Assembly: GCF_000189295.2 (NCBI RefSeq) | Contig: NC_016803.1 | Span: forward strand, 2,910,001-2,942,000 | Origin: Pseudodesulfovibrio mercurii | GTDB taxonomy: Bacteria > Desulfobacterota > Desulfovibrionia > Desulfovibrionales > Desulfovibrionaceae | Direction of reading: 5' to 3' | DNA: 32,000 nt | In this document: one piece after another, positions 1-8,037 of the stretch | How positions within the stretch are numbered: position 1 is the stretch's first letter | Layout: each line of letters starts with the position of its first letter | Notes under the pieces: model-generated | What the model was told of the DNA's origin: nothing | Database searches by the model: none | The model's input: only the letters and a program-made list of their open reading frames with translations | Program-made: the position numbers and the translations under genes

Positions 1-306
1 GAAGCAGGCCGCCAGCTGGCCCAGGTCCGTGCCCGCGTTCATCAGCGTGGGGGAGTTGGGCAGGAAGCGGTAGGAGGTCATCAGGTCGTAGAAATCCCGG
101 GCCAGTTTGGCGGGTTTGACAGTGGACCGTTCGTACTTGGCCTCTTCGGCGGCGATGGCCGAGGCCACCCGCCAGAACAATTCCTTGACGGTCTCGTAGA
201 CCACCCCTTCCGTATCCTTGCGCTGGTACCGGCGCTGCAAAACTATCTTTGCGTTTTCATTGATGATCGGGTCCGGAAGATTGGCTGGCATTTTGAGTTC
301 TGGCAT
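1..306 (-). CDS. nrdJ: Class II (adenosylcobalamin-dependent) ribonucleotide reductase, first 102 codons; the gene runs off the left edge
   Basis: Not in the ORF track because it is truncated. Translating the minus strand from the ATG at 306..304 gives MPELKMPANLPDPIINENAKIVLQRRYQRKDTEGVVYETVKELFWRVASAIAAEEAKY...YRFLPNSPTLMNAGTDLGQLAACF. This contains the conserved class II RNR N-terminal blocks (NAxxVLxxRY, PNSPTLxNAG, LxACF). SD-like AAGGGTG lies upstream. Confidence 0.8.
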   Translation of the reverse strand, partial: MPELKMPANLPDPIINENAKIVLQRRYQRKDTEGVVYETVKELFWRVASAIAAEEAKYERSTVKPAKLARDFYDLMTSYRFLPNSPTLMNAGTDLGQLAACF

Positions 307-748
307 GAGGACACCCTTGTAACTGATTAAAATACTTAAAAATTATTGATAGATGCGCCGCCGAAAGCCTCTGGCGCTAGAGAATGTCTAGACTACAGAA
401 GGCGCCCTGAAAACGCCAGCCAAAATTCCGTTTGGCGGACAAAAAACCGGTAACCCGCATGGTCCGGGAGTTCCGGGCGGCAGGGGTCAGGTGAGAACCA
501 CTCCTGTTTCAAAAATGTCCTGAGAGAGGGGACGATTTTGTCGGTTGCCGGTCCGCTCCGGGTCCCTTTCCGGGGGCGCGGAACGGTCCGGCGGAGAGGG
601 GTGGAGGCGGGGTGGCCGAGGGGGCCGGAACGGGGGCGGCCAACTTTTTTGCCGGGAGGGGGAAAACGCGATTTACCTCCGATTTTTTTTAGTCTATTGG
701 CAAGCCAGCGGTCCCGTACATCAATCATCCAGTAAAGTGAGCTTTTCC

Positions 749-1921
749 ATGCGAATTTCCGAACGTCTGGCGAGGATCAAGCCGTCCGCCACCCTGGCGG
801 TGAACACCAAGGCCCAGGAGCTCCAGGCCCAGGGGCGCGAGATCGTCAGCCTGGCCGTGGGCCAGCCCGACTTCTGCACCCCGCTGAACGTCTGCGAGGC
901 GGCCAAGGCCGCCCTGGACGAGGGCTTCACCCGGTACACCGCCGTGCCCGGCATCCCCGAGCTGCGCGAGGCCGTGGCCGCCTACTACGGCCGGTTCTAC
1001 GGGGCCAAGGCCGCGGCGGCCAACGCCATCGTCAGCAACGGCGGCAAGCAGGTCCTGTACAACCTGATCATGGCCCTGGTGAACCCCGGCGACGAGGTGC
1101 TCATCCCGGCCCCGTACTGGGTCAGCTACCCGGCCATGGTCCAGCTGGCCGACGGCGTGTCCGTGTTCGTGCCGACCACGGCCGAGGACGGCTACCTGGT
1201 CACCCTGGAGGGGCTTGAGGCCGCCCGCACGGACAAGACCACGGTGCTCATCCTCAACTCGCCGTCCAACCCCACGGGCTGCTGCTACACCCAGGTCCAG
1301 CTGGAGGCCATCGCCGAGTGGGCCCGCAGGAACAACATCTTCGTCATCTCGGACGAGGTCTACGACCGGCTGGTCTACGCCCCGTTCGAGCCCGCCTCCC
1401 TGTCCAAGACCTGGGAGGCCCACCCCGAGACCATCGCCATCGTGGGCGCGCTGTCCAAGTCGTTCTGCATGACCGGCTGGCGCGTGGGCTACGCCCTGGC
1501 CCACGAGGACCTGGTCAAGGCCATGACCAAGATTCAGGGACAGTCCACCTCCAACATCAACTCCATCACCCAGCGCGCGGCCGTGGCCGCCCTGACCGGG
1601 CCGTGGGACGTGGTGGACGAGATGAAGCGGGCCTTTGTCCGCCGCCGCGACCTGGCTTACGAGATCATCACCGGCTGGGGCGCGCCCTGCCCCAAGCCCG
1701 ACGGCGCCTTCTACCTCTTCCCGGTGCTGGACCAGTTCTACACCGAGGACGCCCCGGACTCGGCGGCCATGTGCACCAAGATCCTCGAGGAGGCCGGCGT
1801 GGCCCTGGTGCCCGGCTCGGCCTTCGGCGACGACAAGTGCATCCGCTTCTCCTACGCCGTGGCCGACGAGGTCCTGAAGTCGGCCCTGGCCAAGGTGGGC
1901 TCGGTCCTGCTGCGCAAGTAG
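749..1921 (+). CDS. PLP-dependent class I aminotransferase (aspartate aminotransferase type)
   Basis: Track ORF is 545..1921. The likely start is ATG 749 (MRISERLARIKPSATLAVNTKAQELQAQGREIVSLAVGQPDF); the 68 upstream codons are G/R-rich low complexity. Motifs: GQPDF, NSPSNPTG, and the PLP-lysine block SKSFCMTGWRVGY. Confidence 0.9.
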   Translation: MRISERLARIKPSATLAVNTKAQELQAQGREIVSLAVGQPDFCTPLNVCEAAKAALDEGFTRYTAVPGIPELREAVAAYYGRFYGAKAAAANAIVSNGGKQVLYNLIMALVNPGDEVLIPAPYWVSYPAMVQLADGVSVFVPTTAEDGYLVTLEGLEAARTDKTTVLILNSPSNPTGCCYTQVQLEAIAEWARRNNIFVISDEVYDRLVYAPFEPASLSKTWEAHPETIAIVGALSKSFCMTGWRVGYALAHEDLVKAMTKIQGQSTSNINSITQRAAVAALTGPWDVVDEMKRAFVRRRDLAYEIITGWGAPCPKPDGAFYLFPVLDQFYTEDAPDSAAMCTKILEEAGVALVPGSAFGDDKCIRFSYAVADEVLKSALAKVGSVLLRK

Positions 1922-1946
1922 CCAGCCTCCTTACGGAAAGATATCG

Positions 1947-1975
1947 AAAGGCCGTCCTCATGGGCGGCCTTTTTC
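1947..1975 (+). terminator. Intrinsic terminator after the aminotransferase gene, possibly shared with the convergent activator gene
   Basis: Stem GGCCGTCC (1950-1957) pairs with GGGCGGCC (1962-1969) including one G-U pair; loop TCAT; followed by TTTTT (1970-1974). Confidence 0.6.
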
Positions 1976-2006
1976 GTGTGGGGGGAGGCGGGGCTGCGCC
2001 CCGGGC

Positions 2007-3437
2007 CTATACGTCCAGGCCCTCTTTCTTGTATTCGTTGAGCTTGTTGCGCAGGGTGCGCACGGAGATGCCGAGCAGTTCGGCCGCGCGGGTGCGGTTG
2101 CCGGTGGTCTCTTCGAGGCTCTTGAGGATGAGCCGCTTCTCCATCTCGTGCAGGGGCATGACCGACACGGCCTCGTCCGGGGTGGACGGGGGCGCGGCCT
2201 CGCAGGCCGCCTGCTGGTCCGCGTCGATGGCCGACAGGTCGTCCGGGGTCCACTGCTCGTCACCCATGAGGAAGTGGCGCGGCCGGATGGGTCCCGCGCC
2301 CGCCAGAAGCACGGCCCGCTCCATGAGGTTCTGCAGCTCGCGCACGTTGCCCGGCCAGTCGTAGTTCATCAGCCATTTCCTGGCCTCGTCGGTGAAGGCG
2401 AGGCCGGCCAGGCCGTAGGCCGCGGTGAACTTGTTGGTGAAGTATTCGGCCAGCAGGAGCACGTCCTCGCCCCGGTCCTTGAGGGCGGGCAGGGCCAGGG
2501 GGATGACGTTCAGCCGGTAGTAGAGGTCCTGGCGGAACTTGCCTTCCCGGACCGTGTCCTCGATGCGTCGGTTGGTGGTGGCCAGGACGCGTACGTCCAC
2601 CTTGACCGTGTCCACGCCGCCCACGCGGTCGAACTCCGATTCCTGGAGCACGCGCAGCAGCTTGGCCTGGAGGCCCAGGTCCATCTCGGTGATCTCGTCC
2701 AGGAGGATGGTCCCGCCGTCGGCCAGCTCGAACTTGCCGAGCTTGCGCTGGATGGCCCCGGTGAACGCGCCCTTTTCGTGGCCGAACAGCTCGCTTTCCA
2801 GCAGGTGCTCGGGCAGGGCCGCGCAGTTGATGGCCACGAACGGCTTGTCCGCGCGGTCGGAGTTGTGGTGCAGGTAGCGGGCGAACATCTCCTTGCCGGT
2901 GCCGGACTCGCCGGAGATGAGCACCGTGGCCTTGGACCCGGCCACCTGCTTGGCCAGGGCGAGCACGCGCAGGACCGCGGTGTGGCGGCCGATGATCTGG
3001 AACCGCCCCTTGGGCGAGCCGTTGCCGGACGGCCGGTGGTCGGCCTTGGGCGGGCAGGGCGCGGGTTCGGGTTCCGGCTCGGGCTCCTCGTCGGGCAGGA
3101 CGAGCCGGATCTTTTCCCAGACCAGGGGCTCTATCCAGTAGTCGCGCGCCCCGAGTTCGAGAAATTCCGTGGCCTGCTCGGCGCTGCCCGAGGCCGTGAA
3201 CACGACCACCGGGGGGAACCCCTCGATCTGGGAGGCCTTGCGCAGAAACGCCTTGGCGTCGAATCCCTGCAACTGCGGGCGGCAGAAGATCAGGCAGGGC
3301 CGGGACTTCTTGATGAAGCCCAGGGCCCCGTTCAGGTTGTCGGCCAGCCCCGCCTGCAGCCCGGCCTTCTGCAAGGTCGGGAAAATGGCGGTCACGGACT
3401 GCGGCTCCGCGATGAAGAGAACTGTTTTTGCCGACAT
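2007..3437 (-). CDS. Sigma-54-dependent transcriptional activator (bEBP): degenerate receiver, AAA+ domain, Fis-type HTH
   Basis: Track ORF is 2007..3602. The likely start is ATG 3437 (MSAKTVLFIAEP...). Walker A GESGTGKE, sigma-54 contact loop GAFTGA, Walker B ILLDEI, C-terminal HTH AAELLGISVRTLRNKLNEY. An EPEPEPEP linker joins the receiver to the AAA+ domain. Confidence 0.9.
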   Translation of the reverse strand: MSAKTVLFIAEPQSVTAIFPTLQKAGLQAGLADNLNGALGFIKKSRPCLIFCRPQLQGFDAKAFLRKASQIEGFPPVVVFTASGSAEQATEFLELGARDYWIEPLVWEKIRLVLPDEEPEPEPEPAPCPPKADHRPSGNGSPKGRFQIIGRHTAVLRVLALAKQVAGSKATVLISGESGTGKEMFARYLHHNSDRADKPFVAINCAALPEHLLESELFGHEKGAFTGAIQRKLGKFELADGGTILLDEITEMDLGLQAKLLRVLQESEFDRVGGVDTVKVDVRVLATTNRRIEDTVREGKFRQDLYYRLNVIPLALPALKDRGEDVLLLAEYFTNKFTAAYGLAGLAFTDEARKWLMNYDWPGNVRELQNLMERAVLLAGAGPIRPRHFLMGDEQWTPDDLSAIDADQQAACEAAPPSTPDEAVSVMPLHEMEKRLILKSLEETTGNRTRAAELLGISVRTLRNKLNEYKKEGLDV

Positions 3438-3592
3438 GGTCACTCCTATTATCGGCAAGTCGGAAAGTTTACAAGAGGTTCGCGCGGTTGGCCGAACCGC
3501 CGGACCTTCCCGGCCGCGTCCCCTCCCGCCTTGCCCTGGTCCGGCCCATCTGCTACTTCTCGGAAGCCCGAGCGCAAGCGAGAAAATAACCG

Positions 3593-5725
3593 ATGAGCAC
3601 ATCCATACCCGTCCTCTGCTACCACAACGTGTCCGACGTGAACGGCCACACGCCCGAGCGGTTCCGCGAACACCTGGACGCCATGCTCGACGCGGGCTGG
3701 CGGACCATCTCCGGCCGCGAGCTGCTGGCCGTGACGCGCGGAGACATGGCCGCGCCGAAGAAATCCCTGGTCCTGACCTTCGACGACGGCCACCTGTCCA
3801 ACTGGACCACCGTGGTCCCGGAGCTGGAGAAGCGCGGCATGACCGGGACCTTCTTCGCGCTCACGGACTTCACCGTGCCCGGCGAGGTGCGCACGGCCGA
3901 CACCGCGCCGGCCATGCTGCCCATGCCCCAGGCCTTCCGGGCCGCCCTCCTGGACGGCGATTTTTCCCAGTTCATCAACGAGGCCGAGTACCGGGCCATG
4001 CTCGACAAGGGCATGGAGGTCTTCGCCCACGGCTGCCACCACCAGGCCGCGTTCATCAACCTCGTGCCGCAGCCGCCCATGGGGGCGGCCGGGGCGCACT
4101 GGGGCGGCTGGTCCATCTATCCCGGCCACCACGACGGCTGGCCCCTGTTCAAGGCCGGGAGCGCCTACGTCTACGACGGGTTCTGGCCCGTGCTCGAAGG
4201 GTTGGGCGGGCCGCGCTTCGTCAAGCGGTCCGAGGCCGAGCGCCGGGCGTTCTGCCGCCGGGACTTCCGCCGGAGCCTGGAACGCATCCGCGCCCTGAAC
4301 GGCTGGGACGAGCAGCTCTTCTGCTGGCCGTGGGGCCAGTTCGACCCGGTGGCCGAGGCCGAGCTGAAGGAGGCCGGGTACGTCGGGGCCTTCACCCTGG
4401 AGCGCTGGGCCAACGCCCGGGGCACGGACCCGTTCCGTCTCAACCGGATCGGCGTGGGCGCCCCCAAGGACGGCCGCTGGATCCAGCACCGGCTGCGCAT
4501 GTACTCGGGCACCCTCTCCTCCCGCTTCTTCTTCAAGAAATACCGCAAGAAGCCGGAGGTGAACGCCGTCCTCTACGCCACGGACTCCGACAAGCTGTCC
4601 GGCGGCAGCCGCCAGATGATCAACAACGTCAAGGCCATGGCCGACATGGGCGTGAAGGTATACGCCCTGGTCGCCCCGGACTCGGCCCTCAACCAGGCCC
4701 TGGACGGCCTGGACGGAACCAATGTCGAAGTGGTCCGTTTCGACGGGTTCCGGGACTACGTGCGGGCCGGGAAGTTTCTCAAGGCCCTGGTCCGGGACCG
4801 GTCCATCGACGTGGTCCACACCTTCCACAACCGGGCCTACAAGATGGGCGTGCTGGCCCGGCTCCTGGGCGCGAAGTGCAAACTGTTCATCAACCGGGGG
4901 GTCATCTCCCGGCCCAACGCCGTGTTCTTCCTGTGGACCGCGCTCAGCGACGGGGTCATCGCCAACTCGGTCCGCTGCGCCGAGATACTGCGCAGGCACT
5001 GGGTGCGCGGGGGGCTCCTGAACGTGGTCTACAACGCCTATGCGGAACCGGACCACGGCGAGCCCAAGCCGCGCAAGAAGCGGGGCACGCGCTTCATCTA
5101 CGTGGGCAACGGCGCGCACATCAAGGGGTTCGACGTCTTTCTGAAGGCCGCCGACCGGCTCTGCCGGGACGGGGCGCGCGACCTGGAGTTCGTGGGCGTG
5201 GGCGTGGGCGACGGCGAACTCGGCCGGTTCGAGGACGTCCTCACCCCCCGGGTCCGCGAACGCTACCGCAACGCGGGCAAGCTCTCCCACGCCGAGGTCC
5301 TGGACGAGCTGCGTTTCGCCGACGTCCTGGTGGTCTCCTCGCGTCTGGAGAGCCTGCCCAACGTCCTGCTCGAAGGGTTCGACTTCGGCCTGCCCGCCGT
5401 GTGCACCAGCGTGGGCGGCATCCCCGAGGTGGTCCGCGACGGCGTGGACGGCTTCCTCTGCGCCTCCGAGGACGCGGACTGCCTGGCCGCGCGGATGCGC
5501 CGACTGGCCGAGGACCCGCTCAAGCGGTACGCCCTGGGGCTGGCGGGCCGCCGGGTGGTGCGCACCCTGTTCACGCCCGAGGCCAAGGGGCGCAACCTCA
5601 TGCGCGTGTACATGGGCGAGCGGCTGTACGAGCCCCTGCCCATCGAGGCCATGACCGTGGCCGAGCCCCCGGCCGAACCTGCCGCCGACATCGAGGAGCA
5701 TACCCATGGGCGCGCCCAAGGCTGA
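3593..5725 (+). CDS. Fusion protein: polysaccharide deacetylase (CE4/NodB-like) N-terminal half plus GT-B glycosyltransferase (GT4-like) C-terminal half
   Basis: 710-aa ORF. N-terminal part has VLCYHNVSD and LVLTFDDGH (the CE4 TFDDG motif). C-terminal part has SSRLESLPNVLLEGFDFGLPAVCTSVGGIPEVVRDGVDGFLC, a GT4-type E-x7-E region. Confidence 0.8.
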   Translation: MSTSIPVLCYHNVSDVNGHTPERFREHLDAMLDAGWRTISGRELLAVTRGDMAAPKKSLVLTFDDGHLSNWTTVVPELEKRGMTGTFFALTDFTVPGEVRTADTAPAMLPMPQAFRAALLDGDFSQFINEAEYRAMLDKGMEVFAHGCHHQAAFINLVPQPPMGAAGAHWGGWSIYPGHHDGWPLFKAGSAYVYDGFWPVLEGLGGPRFVKRSEAERRAFCRRDFRRSLERIRALNGWDEQLFCWPWGQFDPVAEAELKEAGYVGAFTLERWANARGTDPFRLNRIGVGAPKDGRWIQHRLRMYSGTLSSRFFFKKYRKKPEVNAVLYATDSDKLSGGSRQMINNVKAMADMGVKVYALVAPDSALNQALDGLDGTNVEVVRFDGFRDYVRAGKFLKALVRDRSIDVVHTFHNRAYKMGVLARLLGAKCKLFINRGVISRPNAVFFLWTALSDGVIANSVRCAEILRRHWVRGGLLNVVYNAYAEPDHGEPKPRKKRGTRFIYVGNGAHIKGFDVFLKAADRLCRDGARDLEFVGVGVGDGELGRFEDVLTPRVRERYRNAGKLSHAEVLDELRFADVLVVSSRLESLPNVLLEGFDFGLPAVCTSVGGIPEVVRDGVDGFLCASEDADCLAARMRRLAEDPLKRYALGLAGRRVVRTLFTPEAKGRNLMRVYMGERLYEPLPIEAMTVAEPPAEPAADIEEHTHGRAQG

Positions 5726-7268
5726 CGGCCGCGCCGCCTGGCGCGCCCTGCCCGACGATCTCAAGGGGCTGCTGCGCCTCGGGTTCACGGGCAAGGGCCA
5801 CCTGCTCGACGTGGCCGCCCACGGCCTGCGCTCGGGCCGGGCCGCCGCCCCCGTGGTCCGGGACGCCCTGCGCACCCTGGCCGCGAACCATCCCCTGGAC
5901 GGCGGGCTGGCCGCCGAGGTGCTCGACGCCGCCCCGGCCGCCGCGCTCCTCGACCCGGACGACGCGGCCCGGCTGCGCGTCCTGGCCGACCACTGGCGCG
6001 CCCCGGCCGACCCCGCGCCGCTCCGCGACCTGCTGGCCGCCCGCGACTTCGCCCGGACCCGTGCCTTCCTGGACCGGGCCGTGGCCCGTGAGCCCGCCAA
6101 CCTCTTCTGGCGCGAACAGGCGGTCGTCGCGGGCACGGTGGAGAACGAGCCGGACTTCGTCTTCCACATCCTGAACATGGACGCCCCCGACACGGTCCGT
6201 CCGCTCCTTGCCGCCGCCGAAAACCGCGCCCGGACCCTCTTTTCCCCGCCCGCGCCGCCCGCGCCCGAAGCGCTCCTGGACGCGGCCCGCACGGCCCCGT
6301 GGAACGTCGGCCTGGCCCTGCGCGCCCACGACGCCCTGACCGGGGTGTCCTCCCTGCGCGCGCCCCTGCCGGGCCGCACGGCCGTGCTGCTCTACTCCTG
6401 GAACAAGGCGGACGAACTGGACGCCACCCTGGGGACCCTGCTCACCGCCGATCTCGCGGACGCCTCGCTCTTCGTCCTGGACAACGGCTCCACGGACCGC
6501 ACCGCCGAGGTACTGGCCCGCCGGGCCGGGCAGTTCGCCGACCGGCTGGGCGCGGACCGCCTGACCACGGTCTCCCTGCCCGTGAACATCGGCGCGGCCG
6601 CCGCGCGCAACTGGCTGCTCCACCTGGACGCGGTCCGTGCGCACGACTTCGTCTGCTACCTGGACGACGACGTGGACCTGCCCGCCGACTGGCTGCAACG
6701 GCTCGGCGCGGCGGTCTCGCGCTACCCCGAAGCGGGCGTCTGGGGCTGCAAGGTGGTGGACCACGCCAACCCCCTGTGCATCCAGAGCGCGGACAGCCAC
6801 CTGTCCATGGACCCCGAGGCCCATGCCGACCTGACCCGCCTGGACCCCAACCCCTTCGGCCTGACCGGTCTGCACGCCCAGACCCTGGACACCGGCGACT
6901 TCGACTTCCTGCGCCCCTGCGCCTCGGTCACGGGCTGTTGCCACCTCTTCCGCACGGACGTGCTCCTGGACTCCGGCGACTTCGCCATCCACCTTTCCCC
7001 GTCCCAGTACGACGACATGGAGCACGACCTGCGCCTGTGCGAGGCGGGCCGCTTCCCGGTCTGCCAGGGACACCTCGCCGTGCGCCACAAGAAGCGGACC
7101 GGCGCGGCCTCCCTGATCTCCGCCCCGGAACTGGGCAACGCCCTGGGCAACAAGTACAAGATGCAGGTCATGCACGCCCGCGCCGACATCGCCGCCGCCC
7201 TCAAGGCCGAACAGGCCCTGCTCGAAAGCGACCTGCTCGGCAAGCTGGAATACCTCGACTCTCTGTAG
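5706..7268 (+). CDS. GT2-family glycosyltransferase with a roughly 210-aa Ala/Leu/Arg-rich helical N-terminal extension
   Basis: ATG 5706 overlaps the upstream stop (5723-5725) by 20 nt. GT-A signatures: VLLYSWNKADELDATLGTL, FVLDNGSTDRT, NIGAAAARN, and DxD in CYLDDDVDLP. The start is less certain than the stop. Confidence 0.7.
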   Translation: MGAPKADGRAAWRALPDDLKGLLRLGFTGKGHLLDVAAHGLRSGRAAAPVVRDALRTLAANHPLDGGLAAEVLDAAPAAALLDPDDAARLRVLADHWRAPADPAPLRDLLAARDFARTRAFLDRAVAREPANLFWREQAVVAGTVENEPDFVFHILNMDAPDTVRPLLAAAENRARTLFSPPAPPAPEALLDAARTAPWNVGLALRAHDALTGVSSLRAPLPGRTAVLLYSWNKADELDATLGTLLTADLADASLFVLDNGSTDRTAEVLARRAGQFADRLGADRLTTVSLPVNIGAAAARNWLLHLDAVRAHDFVCYLDDDVDLPADWLQRLGAAVSRYPEAGVWGCKVVDHANPLCIQSADSHLSMDPEAHADLTRLDPNPFGLTGLHAQTLDTGDFDFLRPCASVTGCCHLFRTDVLLDSGDFAIHLSPSQYDDMEHDLRLCEAGRFPVCQGHLAVRHKKRTGAASLISAPELGNALGNKYKMQVMHARADIAAALKAEQALLESDLLGKLEYLDSL

Positions 7269-7401
7269 GACGTCCTGGAAAATCAGGTTTTGAAGGCCGC
7301 TCAGCGGCGTTTGCCGGGTGACGTCGCCTCCGGCGGGCAGGGGTTCGCCCCCTTGCCTCCCGCGTATGCGCCTGGGGCGCGGAGGAGGGGGGGGCTTCGC
7401 G

Positions 7402-7446
7402 AAAAAAAACGGCGCGCCATGTCCGTGCATGGCGCGCCGTTTGTTC
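7402..7446. terminator. Bidirectional intrinsic terminator between convergent genes
   Basis: A perfect 13-bp stem, ACGGCGCGCCATG (7409-7421) with CATGGCGCGCCGT (7428-7440). It is flanked by A8 (7402-7409) on one side and TTTGTT on the other. Confidence 0.7.
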
Positions 7447-7466
7447 GCGTGTGGGGGGACCGATCC

Positions 7467-7796
7467 CTATTCGTAGAGCTTGTCGAGCTCCTCGTACACG
7501 TAGCGCATGTACATCATCTTGGGCGAACCGCCCATGGCCACGGCCAGGAGGCCGGCGTCGATGATCTCGTCCTTGGTGGCCCCGCAGGTCACCGCGTTCT
7601 GCACGTGGAGCGATATGCACATGTCGCACTGGGATAGGATGGAACAGGCGATCAGGATCAGGGACTGGTACTTGTCCTCGATGGCGCTGCCCTTCTTGAT
7701 GGCGGCGGTGAACCCCTGGTACGCCTTGAAGACGTTGCGGCGGTTCTTGTTCATCTGGCGAAAGAGTTCGGTCGCTTTTTCAGCGGGTTCCGGCAT
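7467..7796 (-). CDS. Carboxymuconolactone decarboxylase / AhpD-like family protein (109 aa)
   Basis: Track ORF is 7467..7973. The likely start is ATG 7796 (MPEPAEKATELF...), preceded by AAGGAGA with a 5-nt spacer. It carries the AhpD-type redox motif CDMCISLH (CxxC-x3-H). Confidence 0.85.
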   Translation of the reverse strand: MPEPAEKATELFRQMNKNRRNVFKAYQGFTAAIKKGSAIEDKYQSLILIACSILSQCDMCISLHVQNAVTCGATKDEIIDAGLLAVAMGGSPKMMYMRYVYEELDKLYE

Positions 7797-7820
7797 AGCG
7801 GTCTCCTTGGTGAGTAGAGT

Positions 7821-7849
7821 CCGGTCCAGGAGAACGTCTCCTGGACCGG
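7821..7849 (-). promoter_or_regulatory. Perfect 13-bp inverted repeat (hairpin or operator) in the leader of the AhpD-like gene
   Basis: CCGGTCCAGGAGA (7821-7833), ACG, TCTCCTGGACCGG (7837-7849). It sits 12 nt upstream of the true SD on the mRNA strand. Confidence 0.5.
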
Positions 7850-7967
7850 GCCTATGAGAGGGAGAGAGTCCCGATTGGGTTGCCCATTGGGTACATTCAA
7901 AAAATCGACCTGTAAAGTGGAAAAAAGAGGAAAAAATTTCTATTTTGAAGAATTTTGTTACGTTTTT

Positions 7968-8014
7968 TGCCAAATAAACAACCGATTCCGCTTCGTTGCG
8001 CGGAATCGGTTGTT
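7968..8014 (-). terminator. Intrinsic terminator of the ABC exporter gene
   Basis: A perfect 15-bp stem, AACAACCGATTCCGC (7977-7991) with GCGGAATCGGTTGTT (8000-8014). On the minus strand it is followed by TTTATTTGG. Confidence 0.75.
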
Positions 8015-8037
8015 TCGGCTTTCCCGTCGGAAAGGGG

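Noticed and set aside
307-540. Possible cobalamin riboswitch or NrdR boxes in the long nrdJ leader, including the CTAGA-N5-TCTAG palindrome at 377-391.
   Set aside because: I could not find the B12-box or conserved riboswitch core, and B12 riboswitches normally control B12-independent reductases rather than nrdJ. NrdR sites come as two tandem 16-bp boxes resembling ACACNATATATNGTGT. Only one unrelated palindrome is present here.
545-748. A 68-codon N-terminal extension of the aminotransferase ORF, and the 393-728 / 538-735 ORFs in the same region.
   Set aside because: The composition is Gly/Arg-rich and non-protein-like. The homologous aminotransferase N-terminus (MRISERLARIKPSATL) starts at ATG 749.
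3438-3592. A sigma-54 (-24/-12) promoter for the glycan genes, divergent from the sigma-54 activator.
   Set aside because: The TGG...TGC pair at 3537-3553 has the wrong spacing (14 instead of 12 between the conserved G positions). The correctly spaced GG/GC pair at 3562/3574 has poor flanks (CGGAAG...GCGCA) and would leave almost no leader before ATG 3593.
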